64,000 nt of DNA, from positions 160,001 through 224,000 of the forward strand of contig CAWBAT010000009.1 in the NCBI GenBank assembly GCA_963786955.1, read 5' to 3'. This DNA is from an uncultured Acidimicrobiia bacterium. Its GTDB lineage: Bacteria; Acidobacteriota; Terriglobia; Versatilivoradales; Versatilivoraceae. Every line of letters begins with the position of its first letter. Within the stretch, counting starts at the first letter, position 1. The position numbers were made by a program, and so were the translations under genes. This document shows positions 61,069-64,000 of the stretch, in pieces. The notes under the pieces are model-generated. The model did no database searches, was not told the DNA's origin, and saw nothing but the letters and a program-made list of their open reading frames with translations.

Positions 61069-61169
61069 AATGGTCTCTCCTTTTTAAATGACTACAAATA
61101 ATCTGTTCCCGCAAAGTAGAACAAATGCATCCTAAAGGGGTCACTTCCCCTCTCCAAACCAGGGTCATT

Positions 61170-61541
61170 TCATTCCTTCTCTATGGGGCCTTGCTGCTTG
61201 AGCCATTCCTTATATCCGCCGGCCATGGAGTAAACATTTGTATAGCCCATTTTTTGCAAGGCATCAGCGGCTAGCGCCGAACGGAAACCTCCTCCACAGT
61301 AAAGGACAATTTCGGTGTTCAGTTCGGGAATTGTTCCTTCAATATCCCGCTCAATGATTCCTTTGCCGAGGTGGAGGGCACCAACTGCCCTCCCTTGTTG
61401 CCATTCATTGTCCTCACGGACATCGATAAATTGGAAGACCTGCCCGGCTTCCAATTTCTTTCGCGTCTCAAGGACGGAAATTTCCCGAACTCGAGATTTG
61501 GCGTCTTCAACGATTTTTAGAAAACCTGGCGCGTGTTTCAT
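61170..61541 (-). CDS. Single-domain rhodanese-like sulfurtransferase
   Basis: IDVRE..EW, HLGKGIIERDIE, LYCGGGFRS, SMAGG. Confidence 0.92.
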   Translation of the reverse strand: MKHAPGFLKIVEDAKSRVREISVLETRKKLEAGQVFQFIDVREDNEWQQGRAVGALHLGKGIIERDIEGTIPELNTEIVLYCGGGFRSALAADALQKMGYTNVYSMAGGYKEWLKQQGPIEKE

Positions 61542-61578
61542 ACTTAATCCTTTGTCGTGATCCATTACAAAAACTCTG

Positions 61579-62442
61579 CTAAATCCGATCTTGCGGCGTC
61601 CCCGAAGCATGCTCGAGCACCGCATCCAGTTCGGCAGCCACATCCCCTGTTTCTGCTGAAAGAGCCTTGAACTCGAAAAGCCGGCTATCCAGAAGATGCG
61701 ACGGGATCACATGCTGGAGGGCCGCCATCATGGAATCCCTTATCCCTGGTATCTCCAGCTGCAATTCGTCGATCCACCGCTTGACTCGGGCTCGCTTCAG
61801 GTTCGGTTGTGAACCACATAGATCGCAGGGAATGATAGGATACTGCATTCGTTCGGCAAAAGAGGCAATGTCAGCTTCCCGGCAGTAGGATAGAGGCCGA
61901 ATTACGGTATTTCGGCCATCATCACTCCGCAGCACGGGAGGCATGGATTTCAATGTACCCCCGTAGAGCAGATTCAGCAGGAAGGTCGCCAGAATGTCAT
62001 CGGCATGGTGACCTAGAGCAATCTTGTTGCAACCCAACTCAACGGCCACATTATACAAAATGCCCCGCCGTAGCCGGGAACAGAGGGCACAGGTCGTTTG
62101 CCCTTCCGGAACATTCTTCTTAACAATTGAATACGTGTCCTTTTGGATGATCCTGAAGTCCTGATCCAGTTTTTTGAGATAATTCGGTAAAACATCTTCA
62201 GGGAAGCCGGGCTGCTTTTGATCCAGATTGACGGCTACTAATTCAAAACTTACCGGCGCACGCCCCTTGAGATCCCGCAGTAGGGTCAAGAGCGTATAAC
62301 TATCCTTCCCACCACTCAGGCAAACCATGATGCGATCTCCGTCGGCAATCATGCCAAAATCAGCGATTGCGGTGCCCACGCCACGAAGTAATCTGATTTT
62401 GAGTTTTTCCAGTTCCACTTGGAAATTCCTTATTCCGCTCAC
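61579..62442 (-). CDS. ttcA: tRNA 2-thiocytidine(32) synthetase
   Basis: SGGKDS PP-loop, [37 protein letters not shown]. Confidence 0.97.
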   Translation of the reverse strand: MSGIRNFQVELEKLKIRLLRGVGTAIADFGMIADGDRIMVCLSGGKDSYTLLTLLRDLKGRAPVSFELVAVNLDQKQPGFPEDVLPNYLKKLDQDFRIIQKDTYSIVKKNVPEGQTTCALCSRLRRGILYNVAVELGCNKIALGHHADDILATFLLNLLYGGTLKSMPPVLRSDDGRNTVIRPLSYCREADIASFAERMQYPIIPCDLCGSQPNLKRARVKRWIDELQLEIPGIRDSMMAALQHVIPSHLLDSRLFEFKALSAETGDVAAELDAVLEHASGTPQDRI

Positions 62443-62472
62443 CTAGGATAACCATCGCACAGCATGGTCTCT

Positions 62473-63555
62473 CTAATGAATTCTTGGGACTGGGTCTCCC
62501 AGTCTTATGTAGTCGGCTTTCCGTTTACAGGGGACGAAACCTTCTTTAACGATGGTCTCTCGGAGTAACTCCTCCGTGGCTCGATGACTCGCCCCTGCTG
62601 GCGTAATGACGTTTTCTTCGATCATGATACTACCCAAATCGTTGGCACCAAAATGGAGTCCTGTTCCTCCCACCTCGATTCCTTGCGTCAACCAGGAAAC
62701 CTGAATGTTGGGAACATTATTCAGATAGATTCGCGCCATGGCCAGCCAGCGCAAATACTCTTCAGCCGAGCGGCGATCCGGTATTTTGCGTCCAATCTTC
62801 GTGTTGTCCGGCTGGAGTGTCCAGGGGATGAAGGAAACAAAGCCGTGTGTTTTTTGTTGCAGTTGGTAGACCCGGTCCAGATGCTCGATGCGATGCGCCA
62901 GAGTTTCGCCGAGTCCAAACATCATGGTTGCCGTAGTCGGCAATCCCAGACCATGTGCTGTTTCCATGACTTCCAACCACTGCGCAGTATTGCACTTCGT
63001 CGTATTCTTCTTCCGAACTTCGTCGACCAGGATCTCACCCCCTCCTCCTGGAATCGAGTCCAGACCCGCATCTTTCAGACGTTTGAGCACCTGCTCTGTG
63101 CCCATGCCAAACAATTGAGTAAACGCATAGATTTCAGGTGGAGAAAAACAATGGAGTTGAATCCGATAACGATGTTTCAGCTCTCGCAGAAGTTTTTCAT
63201 ACCATTCCAGCGGCAGGTCGGGATGAAGGCCGCCCTGCATCAATATCCCACTCCCACCTAACTCGAGAGTCTCTTCGACTTTCCTGAAGATCTCTTCAAA
63301 GCTCAAAACATATCCTTCGGGAGATCCCGGCTTTCGATAGAAGGCACAAAACGTGCAAACCGCCGTACAAATGTTGCTGTAATTGACATTTCGGTCGACT
63401 ACATAGGTCACAACCTGGTCTGGATGGAGCTGTCTCCGAATCCCGTCGGCGAGTTCCCCCAAAGCTTCCAATGGAGCTGCTTCAGCAACACGCAAGTATT
63501 CCGTGGTTGACAGGCGTGATCCGTTTTCGATCTCTCTAAGAAGCTCATTCACCAT
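62473..63555 (-). CDS. mqnC: Cyclic dehypoxanthinyl futalosine synthase (radical SAM)
   Basis: [57 protein letters not shown]. Confidence 0.92.
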   Translation of the reverse strand: MVNELLREIENGSRLSTTEYLRVAEAAPLEALGELADGIRRQLHPDQVVTYVVDRNVNYSNICTAVCTFCAFYRKPGSPEGYVLSFEEIFRKVEETLELGGSGILMQGGLHPDLPLEWYEKLLRELKHRYRIQLHCFSPPEIYAFTQLFGMGTEQVLKRLKDAGLDSIPGGGGEILVDEVRKKNTTKCNTAQWLEVMETAHGLGLPTTATMMFGLGETLAHRIEHLDRVYQLQQKTHGFVSFIPWTLQPDNTKIGRKIPDRRSAEEYLRWLAMARIYLNNVPNIQVSWLTQGIEVGGTGLHFGANDLGSIMIEENVITPAGASHRATEELLRETIVKEGFVPCKRKADYIRLGDPVPRIH

Positions 63556-63678
63556 CGTGATGGACCCATTCAAATCCCGGCAACTTGCACCACCCCTGAA
63601 GAGCTGCGCGTCACTTCCCCTCCTCAGCCGAGGAGGGGAGTTTTCATGCAATCCTGCAGTTTCGGAACAGAAACTAGG

Positions 63679-64000
63679 CTAGGGCCTCTGTCCTAATGTC
63701 GCTTTCAAGACCATGCGCTGCCCCTCGCGAAGAATGACAATCTCTACGACATCGCCTGGCTTATGCTCCTGCAACACATAAGTATAATCGTACACGTTCT
63801 TGATTTTCACCCCTGCGAACTCGATGATGACATCATTTCCCTGAATTCCCGCTTTTGCGGCCGGACTCCCTTCCCGCACTCCGGATAGTTTCACGCCTTC
63901 AACTTCTTCGCCGTAGTCCGGGATCGTCCCGACGTAGGCTCGCAACTCTCCACTTGGCTGCATCTCACTGGACTGAGCCTTTACCTTGCTGAATGCAGGG
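63679..64000 (-). CDS. C-terminal PDZ domain of a probable M28 peptidase; 5' part outside the window
   Basis: YVGTIPDY...GVKLSGVREGSPAAKAG...NVYDY; the frame is open to the window edge. Confidence 0.8.
   Translation of the reverse strand, partial: PAFSKVKAQSSEMQPSGELRAYVGTIPDYGEEVEGVKLSGVREGSPAAKAGIQGNDVIIEFAGVKIKNVYDYTYVLQEHKPGDVVEIVILREGQRMVLKATLGQRP

Overview
Bacterial chromosomal segment that looks like Acidobacteriota. This is an inference from gene content: Acidobacterial-type VWA protein, Oar-type TonB-dependent receptor, Tat-signal enolase-superfamily enzyme, signal-peptide RraA, and ccsA-hemA-hemC-cobA/hemD. It holds about 50 CDS, tRNA-Arg(ACG) and a visibly GC-richer block at ~17.3-25.3 kb (cydAB, GH63-like glucosidase, Ca2+/H+ antiporter, PfkA). 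The most unusual content is non-coding and architectural. (1) A 168-bp MITE is present three times, each copy with its own 8-bp target-site duplication and an internal GTAG-REP doublet; an empty site is preserved in the same window. (2) Two further TIR-bounded shells carry one and the same REP doublet. (3) A Y1/HUH transposase gene with a nonsense codon sits in an array of hairpin repeats. (4) Two cargo cassettes (cydAB; enolase plus TonB receptor) are each bracketed by ~210-300 bp diverged direct repeats made of the 3' ends of flanking genes, with no integrase. Three single-base frameshifts (decarboxylase, aroC, trpS) most likely reflect sequencing indel errors. No CRISPR array, prophage or rRNA was seen. 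All product calls come from recognising motifs by eye, not from database searches.
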